A stretch of 62,378 nt of DNA, counting the filler, from Choristocarpus tenellus KU-1152 (taxonomy: Eukaryota; Protista; Phaeophyceae): assembly GCA_964200185.2 (NCBI GenBank). It is 12 parts of 12 records of this genome, joined end to end, with 100 filler letters (N's around TTAATTAATTAA, not from the genome) between each part and the next. Parts side by side here need not be neighbours in the genome. Positions count along the whole stretch, not along the records: positions 22,722 to 30,306 come from CAXNAD020005928.1; positions 30,407 to 33,334 come from CAXNAD020023589.1; positions 33,435 to 36,631 come from CAXNAD020021617.1; positions 36,732 to 40,104 come from CAXNAD020020462.1; 8 more parts are not named here. One strand, written 5' to 3'. Each line of letters opens with the position of its first letter. Within the stretch, counting starts at the first letter, position 1. Below, piece after piece: positions 26,667-38,923 of the stretch. Under the pieces are notes generated by a model that was given only the letters and a program-made list of their open reading frames with translations, did not search any database and was not told the origin of the DNA. The position numbers were made by a program, and so were the translations under genes.

Positions 26667-27769
26667 AATTAAGATGATTTCGGAGGCAATTTGTTTAACA
26701 TTTAGATCTTTGAATCCAGTCAAAATTGAAAGGTTGAGCAAGAAATGGGCAACTCCCAAAGGATTTCTGAATTGGACAAAAAAAAAGGACAAAAAAGATC
26801 TCTATATCCGATATAACGCTGCAATCCTCTGATGATGTACAACAGTGAGCCAGGCCATAATATCCTTGAGATAGAGAAATGTGTATGGAGTAAGGGGGGT
26901 GAGGTAGGATGTGATACAATTCCTCTGAGATTAGTGATTAGCATTAATAGTATGATACAGCAACGAGGGTAGGGGAGGATACTCATGTGAAGTGAATACC
27001 CTCTCAGTACCACCAAAACCACCATTAATACCGAGCAACTATGGCATGATCAGAGCCAGAACTACCGATATTCCCCAAGATTGTAACGAGGATGAAAGAG
27101 CTAACGCGAGACCCTAAATTTTCTACGATAGAACATTGAAAAGATGTATCGCGTGCACTGTCCAAGCTGGGGTCCTCATAAAGAAAATTACTACAGAGTG
27201 ACAAAGGTCCCGAATGGACGCCTGACATCACCACTAGGATACTATGGGCCTGGATTCAAGGTCAGAGCTTTCCCTACTTCTCCCCGTTCCTTGGCCTCTC
27301 TCTCATTAGCCAAGTATCCGGATTGGGCAGCCTCCTCAATCTCTGCCCTTTTCCGGTCTTCTTTTCCATGCTGCTGAAGATGATGTTTTGTGATTGTGTA
27401 GTCCTCATTCAAATAATCAAACATTGGGATTTGTACAATCTGATACCACATTTAGTGCATTGACATCTCGAGCCTATTTGTACAGTCAGACATTGTGGTT
27501 AAGGTTATCTGATGGTCACTTCCCGTCGCGGCATATTTATCGTCAGCGCCTTTCTTTGCAGTCTAACAGCTTCTTCATCCGAGCAGACCAGAACATGTGA
27601 GATCAATTTGTTCATGCCCTGATGGTGATGCAGCATTCCTGACAATACTGTGGTACAATCCGTCAGTGAGCCGAATTAAACTAGAGGTAACCCAGGTTTT
27701 TTGGTCGTTTTGCATTTTAAGTCTGTTTTTCAATATCTTGCAAATCATTCATATTTCTATGGATGAAGG

Positions 27770-28029
27770 GAGTGACGGTATCTTAGAGGGTAACGAGTTT
27801 TGCCCTGTTGGTCCGTTTGGAGCTTGGCTTCCCAAGGGATTTTTTATGACATTTTCCTACCCCAAAATGGATCGGAGTAGGTAAAATGTGTACACTATGA
27901 AAAGGTGTGTCCGGAACAAGGATATTGAAACTTCTTAACAACCACGATACACAAAATTACATCAAAATCGCAACATTGGATTTTGACCCCCAAATGGACT
28001 CGGCTCTACCCTCCAAGATACTTTGACTC
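27770..28029 (+). mobile_element. MITE family A with 4-bp TSD (AAGG)
   Basis: aagg|GAGTGACGGTATCTTAGAGGGTA..TACCCTCCAAGATACTTTGACTC|aagg. Confidence 0.93.
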
Positions 28030-28049
28030 AAGGTCTAAGTTTGACTTGA

Positions 28050-28225
28050 GACCCAAAGTATCTGGGGGGGGGGGGATCTACACCAGAGTGTCCATTTGGA
28101 CCAAACCAGGAAAAGTGCACTTTCATTATCCATCAAATGTAAGGAATCAAATCACCCAATTATCGAGACATGAAAAAATTGCCCCCAGATGGACAGCCGC
28201 AACCCCCTCCCAGATACTTTGAGCC
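28050..28225 (-). mobile_element. MITE family B with 4-bp TSD (TTGA)
   Basis: ttga|GACCCAAAGTATCTGGGGGG..CCCAGATACTTTGAGCC|ttga. Confidence 0.9.
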
Positions 28226-29623
28226 TTGAGAGTGTTTGTTTCTCTATTGTTTGAAACCTTTATGATACAATTTGGAAAATGTCCACTTAATATTTCTTTA
28301 AGAAGTCGAATTTTCCACATATTTGTCAGCATCCTTAAAATGCAACTCTGGGTACCTCTCCCTCACTTTGACACTGTGCTCCTCAACAGTATGTCATAAG
28401 CTTGTGCCTTCTTGGCCTAGTCAACTGTCTTCCTCACCTACTCCTGATCAGGCTCCTTAAAACGCTAATCACCTACACAAAGAGCTTTGTCAACCATTTC
28501 CAGTACTATACCCGGGCCGGTCCCCAGGTAAGACTGAGGGTGAATTTCATCGACTTGGTTTGAAACCCTTCTGAGCCCATTCCTTGTGAGCCTTGTGAGC
28601 GCTGTCAGCCATCCTAAAGTTCCAGTCAACCATGCCTCCTCTACCTAAGGTGGCAATGCTGAAGCACGTTGAAAGTGTGTGGAATACGAAACTTGTCAAC
28701 GAGTTTTCCGATAGGATTAGGTTCGATCAACAGTAAATTTTGATCTCCCTTTGGACTGTTCTCCATTCAGTACGTGGCACTCAGTCACACAGCTCTTTGA
28801 GTCATATAATGTGCCCTCCTATCAGCATCTGACTCAATATGTTACAGGCGAATAATGCGAGCATTTCTTCCAATGTTTTAGCAAACACGAACATTTGTGA
28901 CAGATATATAGTATGAGGAATGTTTCTCGTGTTCTAACAAGTGCAAAGAATATACGATATTAGTAACACATACGTAGCCTTACAGAGTAAATTATGATTT
29001 CATAGAAGATACAGAGTAAGATTCGGAATGCGTACATAACATTACAGAAGAAAATATCAAAGTCCCTAAGGAGTTAAGGAGTTGCAGAATAAAGGTTTAT
29101 GATTGGAGTATGTGTAGAGTAGTTGCATAAAAGACCAAAGAAATTGGGTGGATGATGACAATAATAAGAGGGCTTGTGGTCTAACGATCATCTCCTTTTA
29201 CATCCAGTCTTTATCTTTTACCTTGAACAAAACGTTTAGTCGAGCTTTGAGCTAAGCAGCACTGAGTGGAATATCAAGAAGAGAAGGACACCTGACACCC
29301 TACAAACTGTTACCAAGGGCAACGCCCCCATAGAGTCTTTTGAAGGTCGTTGGATTTGAGTTGTACCTCCTGTGGAGGTGAGTTCTGAGGGGCGCCTGAA
29401 ACAAATATACGATGTACGACATAATGTGCCATTGCTCTTCAAGCTGTTGCATGAAACATTAAATGAAAACATCACTTTGTGATTCGTGCTTGTACTAGCA
29501 CTCGCAAGAGCACAGGGAGAAGCCGACTGAAAAACTTGCAGGTTTGCATTTGAAAGATCCCAAGAATACGCCGTTTCATAAAATTGCAGATAGACTCTTT
29601 GCGTAATTATGGTGTCACTTTGT

Positions 29624-29879
29624 GAATGAAAGTATCTTGGAGGGTACGAGTTTTGCCCTGTTTGTCCATTTAGGTCTTGGCTTCCGTCAGGGTGTTTATG
29701 ATGTTTTCCTACCCAAAATATTTCAGTGTAGGTAATATTTATACGTTATGAAAAGGTGTGCCTGGAACAAGGATATTGACACTTCCTAACTAACACGATA
29801 GTCAAAATTACATCGAAATTGCAACATCGGATTTTGGCCCCAAATGGACGCGGCTCTACCCTCTAAGTTACTTTGGCTC
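29624..29879 (+). mobile_element. MITE family A with 4-bp TSD (TTGT)
   Basis: ttgt|GAATGAAAGTATCTTGGAGGGTA..TACCCTCTAAGTTACTTTGGCTC|ttgt. Confidence 0.93.
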
Positions 29880-30229
29880 TTGTGTATGGAATAAGGGAAT
29901 ATCAATTTTCACACATCATTGTACACATATAGCAGTAAAATTAAATATATTGGAAAGGTAAGAAACATAGATTTTTGTGCAAAAGGGTCTAAGTTTGCCT
30001 ACTTCTCAATTGATTTTGCTCACAGTTCACTGTGATAGGTTGAGTCACTGCTACCCACCTTCAGTGACTTCGGTGACTGCCAGCCTGCACATCATATAGG
30101 ACCAACATTGGAATTTAGTTTGCAAATGAAACGAGCGACTCCAGGGATGCCAACGCTTCAAACCTTGACTTCAGGGTCACTCTCTGCAACTCTAATGGAA
30201 ATACAATCTTGTAGTCATGCTTGCAAGCG

Positions 30230-30306
30230 GACCCAAAGTATCTGGGAGGGGGAGGGGGGTCTACACCATGGTGTCCATTGGACCAAAATCAGGAAAAGTA
30301 CATTTA
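30230..30306 (-). mobile_element. MITE family B, truncated by gap
   Basis: GACCCAAAGTATCTGGGAGGGG..GTCCATTGGACCAAAATCAGGAAAAG. Confidence 0.8.
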
Positions 30307-30508
30307 NNNNNNNNNNNNNNNNNNNNNNNNNNNNNNNNNNNNNNNNNNNNTTAATTAATTAANNNNNNNNNNNNNNNNNNNNNNNNNNNNNNNNNNNNNN
30401 NNNNNNAAAAAAACAAAAAAAAACCCCTCTCCGGGATCGGCCCGCCTCCCCCCCCCCCCCCCCCCCCCCCCCCCCAACCCCCTCCCCGCCTGGCGGCCAC
30501 TTCATCCT

Positions 30509-32505
30509 CTACCAGCAAACATTCACAATCACGCCACCACACCTCTCCAACAGCACCCTTGCCCCCATCCTTGAACCCCTGCCCGACCGCACCAATGCCT
30601 TCCACGCAACAAACACTTCCAGAACAAGTCGCCCCCGGGCCAGCCCCAAGAGTCGCCTGGCAGTCCTGTGGCCACGACACCGCACCCCTGCAGCCACCCC
30701 AGCTGCCCGCTGCCTCTCTTCCCCCAGCCTCCATTCCCACTGACGCCTTACAGTCGCTGCTGCCAGCCCCCATGACAGTGCTACCCATCCCCTCCACAAC
30801 CGCTGCAGCCTAGCCCTTGCTGCTGTCGACTCAAGCGTCTTCAGGGTGTCCCGAAGGTGTACCCTGCCCTGTCCATGGTGTCGGAGGGCGCTGAAGCAGG
30901 TCTTGATGAGGTTTGCATTACGGACACGGACCCTGAGTGACACAGAACTTTCCAGGAACAATTCTCGCTGTGACGCACGGATCCAGCGGTGGAATGCCTT
31001 CGAGACTTGTAGGAAAACAGCCCAAGGAAGTAAGAGGGCGTGTGATTTTTGGAGGGGAGAGGAGATGCACGAGCCAAGAGTGTGGATGAGTGTTGAAAAT
31101 GGGTGTGAAAGAGGCGTGCGTCTTTGTGTGTGGTAAGGTGATGTTATGCCGAGTACCACCTGACGGGGTGTTAAATGGGTGTTAAATGGGTGTTAAATGA
31201 GTGCTAAATGGGTGTTCTGCAACTAGGTAGGGGAGGGGATTGTACCTGTAATATATGGTATCAATCAAGCGATGCCAAATTCTGACCATGCTTATGCCAT
31301 GGACAATCACAGGTAGCCAAAAAGGTCACTGAGAGGGGAGCACAAGGGATACATGAACACTTCAAAAAATAAAGTGCACTATTTGTATGGGGGTAATGGA
31401 ACAGGCTGTCAATGTAGTGTATGATTGCAACCAAAATGTAGTCCTTCCCCCCCTCAAAAATGCCCCACAAACCATAACAATACCGCACCCCGGGGCAAAC
31501 CGCAACCCAAGACGCCTCCTTCCTACTTGTCCCACCCTACTCTGCCATCTGAAAATAAAGTCACAGCACGCTCCAGCACGCTCCAGCACGCTCCACCACA
31601 CCACACCACACCACAGCATAGCACAGCACAGAGGAAAGATTTCAGAAAAACATTGAATCCCTCCTTCTAACCCCCCTAAAAACACCCCTTTTGTCATTAC
31701 CGTCACGAGACTCCAGCAAAGCCAAGCATGCAATCGCCTTATTCAGTACAAACTCCCTTCGCCGATCCCTCTCAACCCTTATCCTCCAGAAGGAGAAGGC
31801 ATGACGGACCCGGCCCTGTCCGGCATGAAGCAAGCGTGTAAGGATCCCGTAACGCATCCTGCACAAGAGTCGACATTGGTCTGACCAAGCCAGGAGGTGC
31901 CTGGCGGAAGGCGACACACGAAGGGGTCTGTAAATAGAAAAGAAAAAAATCTTGAAAATTGGTTGTTCGTGCGGATACGGACGGGTCCGTCGTCACCTCC
32001 GTAGTAGGGGTCATGGAATGATAGGGCGTAACCCAAGTCGAGAGATTAATGCATAGGTAGGTACGGAGCGACAGGTCTTCAGGAATGTTGAAGTTGAAGT
32101 TGAAGTTGAAGTTGAAGTATCAGTGTTTGCGGTTGCGGTTGCGAATCAATTACAACATGAGAAGGGTAGGACAGGATGACTGGGCTAGCTTGTGCTTCAC
32201 AGGTACATACATGAACAATAGATGATGAATACAATACATGATGAATAAAGCCTACAACAGGGAAAACTAAGGTGTGCGTGCCACAAAATGGAGGTGGGTG
32301 GGTGGGTGGAGGGGTGGGGGGGGGTGGGTAAGGGTTTGCCGGGACTCACCTCTTAAGACATTCTCTGCGACCTGACCAGACAACCACTCTGTTCACCATA
32401 TTCAGTCCATCAAGTCGTGTCACACTTTCACTCCAACATTGGAAGGCGTTACTCAGCTGGCGATTATACCTGTGCAACACAATGCGCCTTAGGATAGCCT
32501 TCCTC
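30509..32505 (-). CDS. Sfi1-like Trp-repeat, Arg-rich protein (internal exons; model incomplete)
   Basis: Exon 32505-32350 joins the exon starting at 31927 in phase 2, and a long frame covers ~31010-30509. Recurrent L..AF..W motifs: LSNAFQCW, VRHAFSFW, VSKAFHRW, LWRGW, LEVFVAW. Confidence 0.6.
31168..31216. repeat. 11-bp tandem repeat (GGTGTTAAATG) x ~4
   Basis: Direct tandem copies visible in the sequence. Confidence 0.8.
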
Positions 32506-32955
32506 CTGTACACCAACAGCATGCAGAGAGAGGTGGGATTGTAAGTTGGCATGCAGTGGTAAGAATTGTGAGAGGGTGAGAAGACAAGTTGTCAAACAGC
32601 TAACCAAAGAAGGAACAGCTGCTGAGGGAAGGCGGTGATTGAGAGACAGTGGGAGGAGGAAAAAAAAAACAACTCTCTAGCCTACTTTGGTTACAGAGGG
32701 TACACATTCGTGGGCAGAAGGATGGATGGATGGATGGAGAGCATGCACACCTCTAACTTAGGACATAGGCAGTTTGCAAAAAATTAAAAAAATCTTTTCA
32801 CAGAGTGTGAGAGCGTCCAGTGAGCACGAGAGCAAGCTAGTTCTGCACTCAAAAATAGTGTGCGTTCACTCTCACTCAAAAATAAAAATAAAAATAACAT
32901 ATCGCCTCTTTGATCCTGTGTGACCACCTTACTTCGTCAAGACCATGTGCCAAGA

Positions 32956-32985
32956 CCCTAACCCTAACCCTAACCCTAACCCTAA
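32956..32985. repeat. Interstitial telomere-type repeat (CCCTAA)5
   Basis: Five perfect CCCTAA units inside a contig. Confidence 0.9.
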
Positions 32986-33434
32986 TGTGCAAAACAGAAA
33001 AGCGCTGAAAGGTTAGTTATGGAATCGATTGTTATTGGGGAGGCGTTCAACCTGCTCGTGTTCTCGTGTTCTCGTGTTCTCGTGCTCTGAACCGGTAGAC
33101 TGAAGCAAAGCTGCGAAAATTCAACTCCTCTCCACAGCGGAGGTCAACTTTCAACCGGGGTGATCCTATCACTCAACTACACCACCATTTGACCCATCAC
33201 GCACGAGTCCTCTTACTTTTTCTCAGCGGGGGTGGGGGGTGGGGGGGGGGGGGGGGGGGGAAAAAATAAAAAAAAAAAATTTTTTAAAAAAAAAAAAAAA
33301 AAAAAAAAATTCAAAAAAAGAAAAGGCACAAATCNNNNNNNNNNNNNNNNNNNNNNNNNNNNNNNNNNNNNNNNNNNNTTAATTAATTAANNNNNNNNNN
33401 NNNNNNNNNNNNNNNNNNNNNNNNNNNNNNNNNN

Positions 33435-34425
33435 CCCCTCCACTGATGGCCCTCGGCCACCTTCAGTGCCCCATGCTGCTGTATGGTCTGTCACGCACCC
33501 CCTCCCCCCATCACTCTCCGCATCTACTACTGGATTCTCACAGGAGTCCTCGGAGTGGATGTTGGTTGCTCCTGAGTTAGTAGGTGGACAAGGCGACGCA
33601 GACTGTGGGGTTGTTTGTGCCAGGGACAGGGGTTGGGGATGTACCTGAGGTCCTTGTTGGGGCTGGGGCACAGGCAAGGTTTGAGCTATGTGACCAAGTG
33701 GGGTAGCAGGGGCTTCCTTCCCTTGAAACGGCAAGAAGAGGGTGGGACTCTTGCTCCTCCTCTCAGCCCAAGGGGCATTATTGCCAGTGTTGTTGATGAA
33801 TGGGTTCCCACCAATGTTGAAGCCTATAGAAGCCTGGGTAGTGAGCTTAATCACGGGCACTGCAGTATGACTGATAATCTTGAGAGAGTTGTTATCAACC
33901 CATCGCCTTTCCACGAGGATTTGTTCATTCCAAATGAGAGACAATTATTGGAGAGGCAAAGTGAGAGAGGAAAGAGCACTCGTTGAATGTGAGATCGCTG
34001 ATATTGGAATACATGGGGATGCAGAAGGAGAAACAGGGCATGAACGTGAGAGAGCTGTGTAAGCCAAGGGTAAGCCAAGCCCAACGCTACAGAAGTATAA
34101 ACAGTTCTCCAGCACACACACACACATGAATGAAAAGTAGACAGATGTAGGGACCGCCAAGTGGACCACTTATTTTCCGTAATACCACACTCTGCACTGG
34201 ATCGACTCACATAGACAGGCGTATCTGCCATTAACATCAATCAAAACAACACACCATACCATCATGGATAGACAACAAGGGAACCAAAAAAGAGAAAAAG
34301 AATCAACAAAAGTATCTGTGTGCAGTGTGTGTGTTGTGTGTTATGTGTTATGTGTTGTGTGTTGTGTGTGTGTATGTTGTGTATGCAACAAATTGTACAA
34401 ACTGTTTATGATTCAAAAGACACCA

Positions 34426-34457
<32 letters not shown>

Positions 34458-35870
34458 GTACCCGAGAGAGGGGATGCATTCTATTGACACTCACAGATAT
34501 GTGTGCAAATCCCGGTACTTTATTATTTTTTTCACAATTGTGCACACGCGGGTAATTTTCTAAATTAAAAAAATAAAATAAAATCAGTAAACAGGAGAGA
34601 AACCGAATGCTCTCAGTTTTAATTAAGTCATTACAATTTATTCGTAGAGATAAGGGTTAATATCGAAACGCTGAAAATCTGAGAGTGAAAAGTACCTTAG
34701 GGGGTACGAGTTTTGTCCTGTTTGTCCACTTGGGGCTTGGTTTCCCATTTATTTATTTTTAATAACATTTTCCGTACTCTGAAATGTTTCGGAGTAGGTA
34801 AAACGTATATACTTTATGAAAAGGTGTCCGGAACAAATACACCCTATTTCTCAGAAACGCCACTAAGACTGACATAAATAACACACCCCATTTCTCAGAA
34901 ACACTATTAAGATTGACATAAATATAACCTATCACAAGAGAGAACAAAGCACAACCAACGTGTTGAGTTTTTCTATACACCCTTTTGGAAGCTTTCGGAA
35001 GCGTACTATTACCATTTAATGTATAATATTTTTTATTATTTCTGTTACCACCATTTAATGTATGATAATTTGAAATTAAAACACACTGCTGACACCCTTC
35101 ACTATGTCTTCTGTAAATTTTTTTCAGTGATCTCTCTGAAATTGCTGTTGTCAGCATTTACAATGGCGTGAACATACTGGGGTGATAGTATTATTTTATT
35201 ATTTCTACTATCACAATTTAATGTATAGTATTTTTTATTATTTCTATTACCACCATTTAATGTATAGAATTATTTTATTATTTCTACTACCACTATTTAA
35301 TGTATAGTATTTTTTATTATTTCTACTATCACAATTTAATATATATAGTATTTTTTTATTATTTCTACTACCACAATTTAATATATATAGTATTTTTTCT
35401 ACTACCACTATTTAATATATAGTATTTTTTTATTATTTCTACTACCACAATTTAATATATAGTATTTTTTTTTAGTTTCTACTACCACAATTTAATATAA
35501 TATTTTTTATTATTTCTACTATCACAATTTAATATATAGTATTTTTCATTATTTATACACACCACTTTTATGATCCCAAAATACGTAAAGCAAACAATAA
35601 TACATTCATACGAAATAATAATAAAAACGTATTTTCATTAGTGAAATAAAAAAAAAGTCTCCCAAAATGCCCCTTTCTAGGGATTGGGCAAATAGGATAA
35701 GGGTCAAGTCAAGCGTCTAAAGAATGCCTAGAGGTGATATCACGTTCAAATTCAGAAAAAAAAACTTACTCTCCCCCCAAGCTTCGTGCAAGCTCTTGCT
35801 GCCAAGTCTCCTTGATGGCATTCCTCCCCTCCAGAGCACCAGGAGTGTCTGCTGGTGTATCCATCCTCAC
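33435..35870 (-). CDS. Non-canonical poly(A) polymerase / nucleotidyltransferase (MEE44/TRF4-like), two internal exons
   Basis: Exon 35870-35770 (VRMDTPADTPGALEGRNAIKETWQQELARSLGG) splices in phase 2 to the exon starting at 33906 (ERWVDNNSLKIISHTAVPVIKLTT..). This matches the recalled plant MEE44-type stretch GILEGRNGIKET..ARYL..EWV..SLK....TA.P.I.L. Confidence 0.8.
34427..34457. repeat. (GA)n microsatellite
   Basis: Near-perfect GA run. Confidence 0.9.
34683..34835 (+). mobile_element. MITE family A, 3'-truncated
   Basis: GAGTGAAAAGTACCTTAGGGGGTACGAGTTTTGTCC..AAAAGGTGTCCGGAACAA, then similarity stops. Confidence 0.8.
35004..35565. repeat. AT-rich ~40-bp minisatellite (intronic)
   Basis: About 10 copies of TATTTCTACTACCACAATTTAATATATAGTATTTTTTTAT, with one interruption at ~35070-35190. 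Confidence 0.9.
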
Positions 35871-36166
35871 CTGGGGTAGGCATATTGCGTGAAGATTTTG
35901 TCAACATAGGGTACCCTTGTCTTTGACGTGTGGTTTTTAGTGCCTCAACCTGATACTACTGTTGTTTTTGCATTCCAAATAAGGGTATATTCCAAACAAG
36001 GGTATGTTCCAAGATAAAAAGAGACTGACTACTCTCTTTGGGAGGGTGGGGGGCTGTTTCTATTCCTGGTGCATTGAGTGAAAGGGCTTACTCAAGGTGT
36101 GCATAGTGCTGACCTCGAGTTCTAATGAGCGTACCTCTACCCACAAACGTCCACATGTTTATTACG

Positions 36167-36342
36167 TATCAGTCATGTATCAGTCACATATCAGTTACAT
36201 ATCAGTCTCATATTAGTCATACATCAGTCATATATCAGTCACATAACAGTCACATATCAGTTGCATATCAGTCATGTATCAGTTGCATATTAGTCTCATA
36301 TCAGTTGCATATTAGTCTCGTATCAGTCACGTATCAGTCACG
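36167..36342. repeat. 11-bp minisatellite (TATCAGTCACA) x16
   Basis: Sixteen consecutive variant units with no spacers. Confidence 0.92.
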
Positions 36343-36525
36343 TAAGAGTATTGATATGGAGTACATTTGTTTTGTTCGTTCTTGTGAATCTGTTATTGAG
36401 AGAGGTGCTACCTTTTGCGTGAAGATTTCACCAAGTGTTATACACACACACAACACATTTCCTCTATGAGTTACTATACCAGAGTGTTATATGTACTACC
36501 CTGTACTGGTGTGTTATGGGTACTA

Positions 36526-36631
36526 GACTCAAAGTATTTGAGGAGGGGGGGGGTGGCAGCTGTCCATTCAGGTCCCATTTTTCCATGTCACAATTTTTGT
36601 GTGATTTGGTTGCATGCGCCAGATGGATAAT
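36526..36631 (+). mobile_element. MITE family B, truncated by gap
   Basis: GACTCAAAGTATTTGAGGAGGGG..GCTGTCCATTCAGG. Confidence 0.85.
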
Positions 36632-36731
36632 NNNNNNNNNNNNNNNNNNNNNNNNNNNNNNNNNNNNNNNNNNNNTTAATTAATTAANNNNNNNNNNNNN
36701 NNNNNNNNNNNNNNNNNNNNNNNNNNNNNNN

Positions 36732-36882
36732 GGTCACATCAGGGTGTCCATTAGGACCATAACCAGGAAAAGTGCACATACATTATCCATCCAACGTATG
36801 CGACCAAGTCACCCAAAAATTGCGACATGAAAAAATTGAACCCAAATGGACAGCCGCCACCCCCTCCAAGATACTTTGTGTT
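36732..36882 (-). mobile_element. MITE family B, truncated by gap
   Basis: Opposite orientation to the copy across the gap; ends AAATGGACAGCCGCCACCCCCTCCAAGATACTTTG. Confidence 0.85.
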
Positions 36883-38169
36883 GGAAGACAATTAAAAAAT
36901 ATCCTACACGCATTTTCAAAAAAAGTCGAATTTTGCGCATGTTTGTCAACATCCTTAAATGCAACTCTAGATACCACTCGTTTACTTTGACTCTTGGTTG
37001 TCCACTAGTTCTATGGTAGACTACTTCCTGCACCTGAAACTTGCCATCGTTCTTTGCAAGAACATTGAGTGTCATCCACGAAGCATGTCGGGATTCAAAG
37101 TAAGCAGATGGTTTAGGAATTAAAATGGGAAACCCTCGTAGGAGGAATTAATTGTAGAAGTCACCTGGCACCCGTCGAAAGTTTCACAAATATGCAACAA
37201 TGTCTTCCAATGTTTTATTTTGGCATCTATCACATACACCTCATTCCTTCGTCACATTTAAAGTCATGTCAAGGCCACCAACTATATTGGTTGAAAGCAA
37301 TTATTCACACTCTGTTGTTTTTGTGTTTGTCGTATTCTTTGCCTAAGAAGTTGCTTCTTGTCCTCAATAGGAGCACATTCCCAGATACTCTGGAGTACAT
37401 ACTAAACACGTAAAATGTCAATGAGCATAATAAGATACAGAGGGATTCCTATAAATTATATACACTAAACTATAATGAGTTGTAGTATACTTGAAAGTTA
37501 AAAAAATAGATGCCGTTCAGACAACACAAAAAACAATGATGTGTTGGGAGTGCTGGTTGTCACGAAAGTATTGGTTCAGTATGTAACTGAAATTCACCAC
37601 AACCACGATTCTGAGGACAAACAGGAGATTTCCACCAACAACGAAATGAGTCGATTCATGTGTCAAATATGAGACTCCTGGAGTGTCATTTCCGAGGTTA
37701 CTACTGCACCCAACTAGTACATTCTACAATTTTGTGTAGGATCTCATACAGGTCATTGATCCTATATCAGTGGCACATGCGCGAGGATGAAGGCCACTCA
37801 AAAACCTCGGCAGTGCAATATATAACTAGATCGCATCGTCTAACCAAAACTTCAACCTGATTTTCGAAACATCCAGCCGTATATATACCCAATCAATTAT
37901 TTCATATGCATGTACTGCATGTAATGAAGTCCCTGTAATCTACATAGTAGACTCGACATCATATCATCATCTGCCGATTCAAAACTGAAACACCAATCTT
38001 TCGGCTTCAACCTAAAACCCACCCACCCTATTTAATCGATTGGCTTTGTATTAGTTGTGTCTATTTTTTTTAACCTTTCTAGAGATGTACCTATTTCCAT
38101 AAGAAATGTGGGTTAAGCATCTCTTTGGTTTTGTTTTAACTATTCAGAAAAATGTTGATGTGTTACTTT

Positions 38170-38600
38170 TACACGTGAATAAAACGACCAACTGTGACGA
38201 TCTGAACACCCTTCCACAGGACGAAGCAGAGTGGGATCTGGTCACCATCGGGCTTCTTGTGAAGAGTAGGCCCCGCTGACGTGTCTAAGTCAGCAATCTG
38301 CCAAGTATAAACCCAGTATGGGTCAAAATTGAGAGGACTTCCACATAGTAGTTGTTGCAACCTGATATGCGAACATGACTTTGTATGGCATATCGACACC
38401 CTGTGTCTACGATACGAATATGTCCCTCAGTAATTTAGGTACCTCTTTTTTAGCGAGTGCTGCACCGTCGCCGTTGCTGGTAACATGTCTAGTAGAGGTG
38501 TTGAAGTTTTTTAGCAAGCACGACAATCTGTCACACTCGGCAAAATGAATGTTTTAACAGTACCAATAAGTTTGACTTCCGACATTGATTGTTTAGGTCA
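38170..38600 (-). mobile_element. piggyBac-like transposase relic
   Basis: A degenerate frame reads KKEVPKLLRDIFVS*TQGVDMPYKVMFAYQVATTTMW, resembling the piggyBac P.....YN..KGGVD..D.....Y.....W motif. Confidence 0.4.
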
Positions 38601-38923
38601 CTCATCGACTTCGCGTCCTGAACGGTATTGAACAAAATAAGTTGATCTACCCTCCACCCTTCTTCATTTAACGGATTTATTTTAGTGTCTGACTATGTGA
38701 CCAATGCAGAGACGATCCACCAATGCCATGTGGGATGAGGGTGAACAAAGTACTATCTCTACTTTTGCTTTCATAGAAGTTGAGGGTATACAGGAATAAG
38801 CATAATATTACATATTTTACGAAAACTTTTTTTAATTTTATAGGGGTCTTTATGATATTGAATTGGGTTTTCCCCTGAAATATCGTAGAATGTCAAAGGG
38901 CATAAGGACACATTTACATTTTT

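Noticed and set aside
26700-27760. Decayed ORF next to tRNA-Asn as a tRNA-targeting retroelement
   Set aside because: No integrase, RT or LTR motif recognised
35180-35565. CRISPR-like array (regular ~40-bp period)
   Set aside because: Units are contiguous with no unique spacers, the array is intronic in a eukaryotic gene, and there are no cas genes
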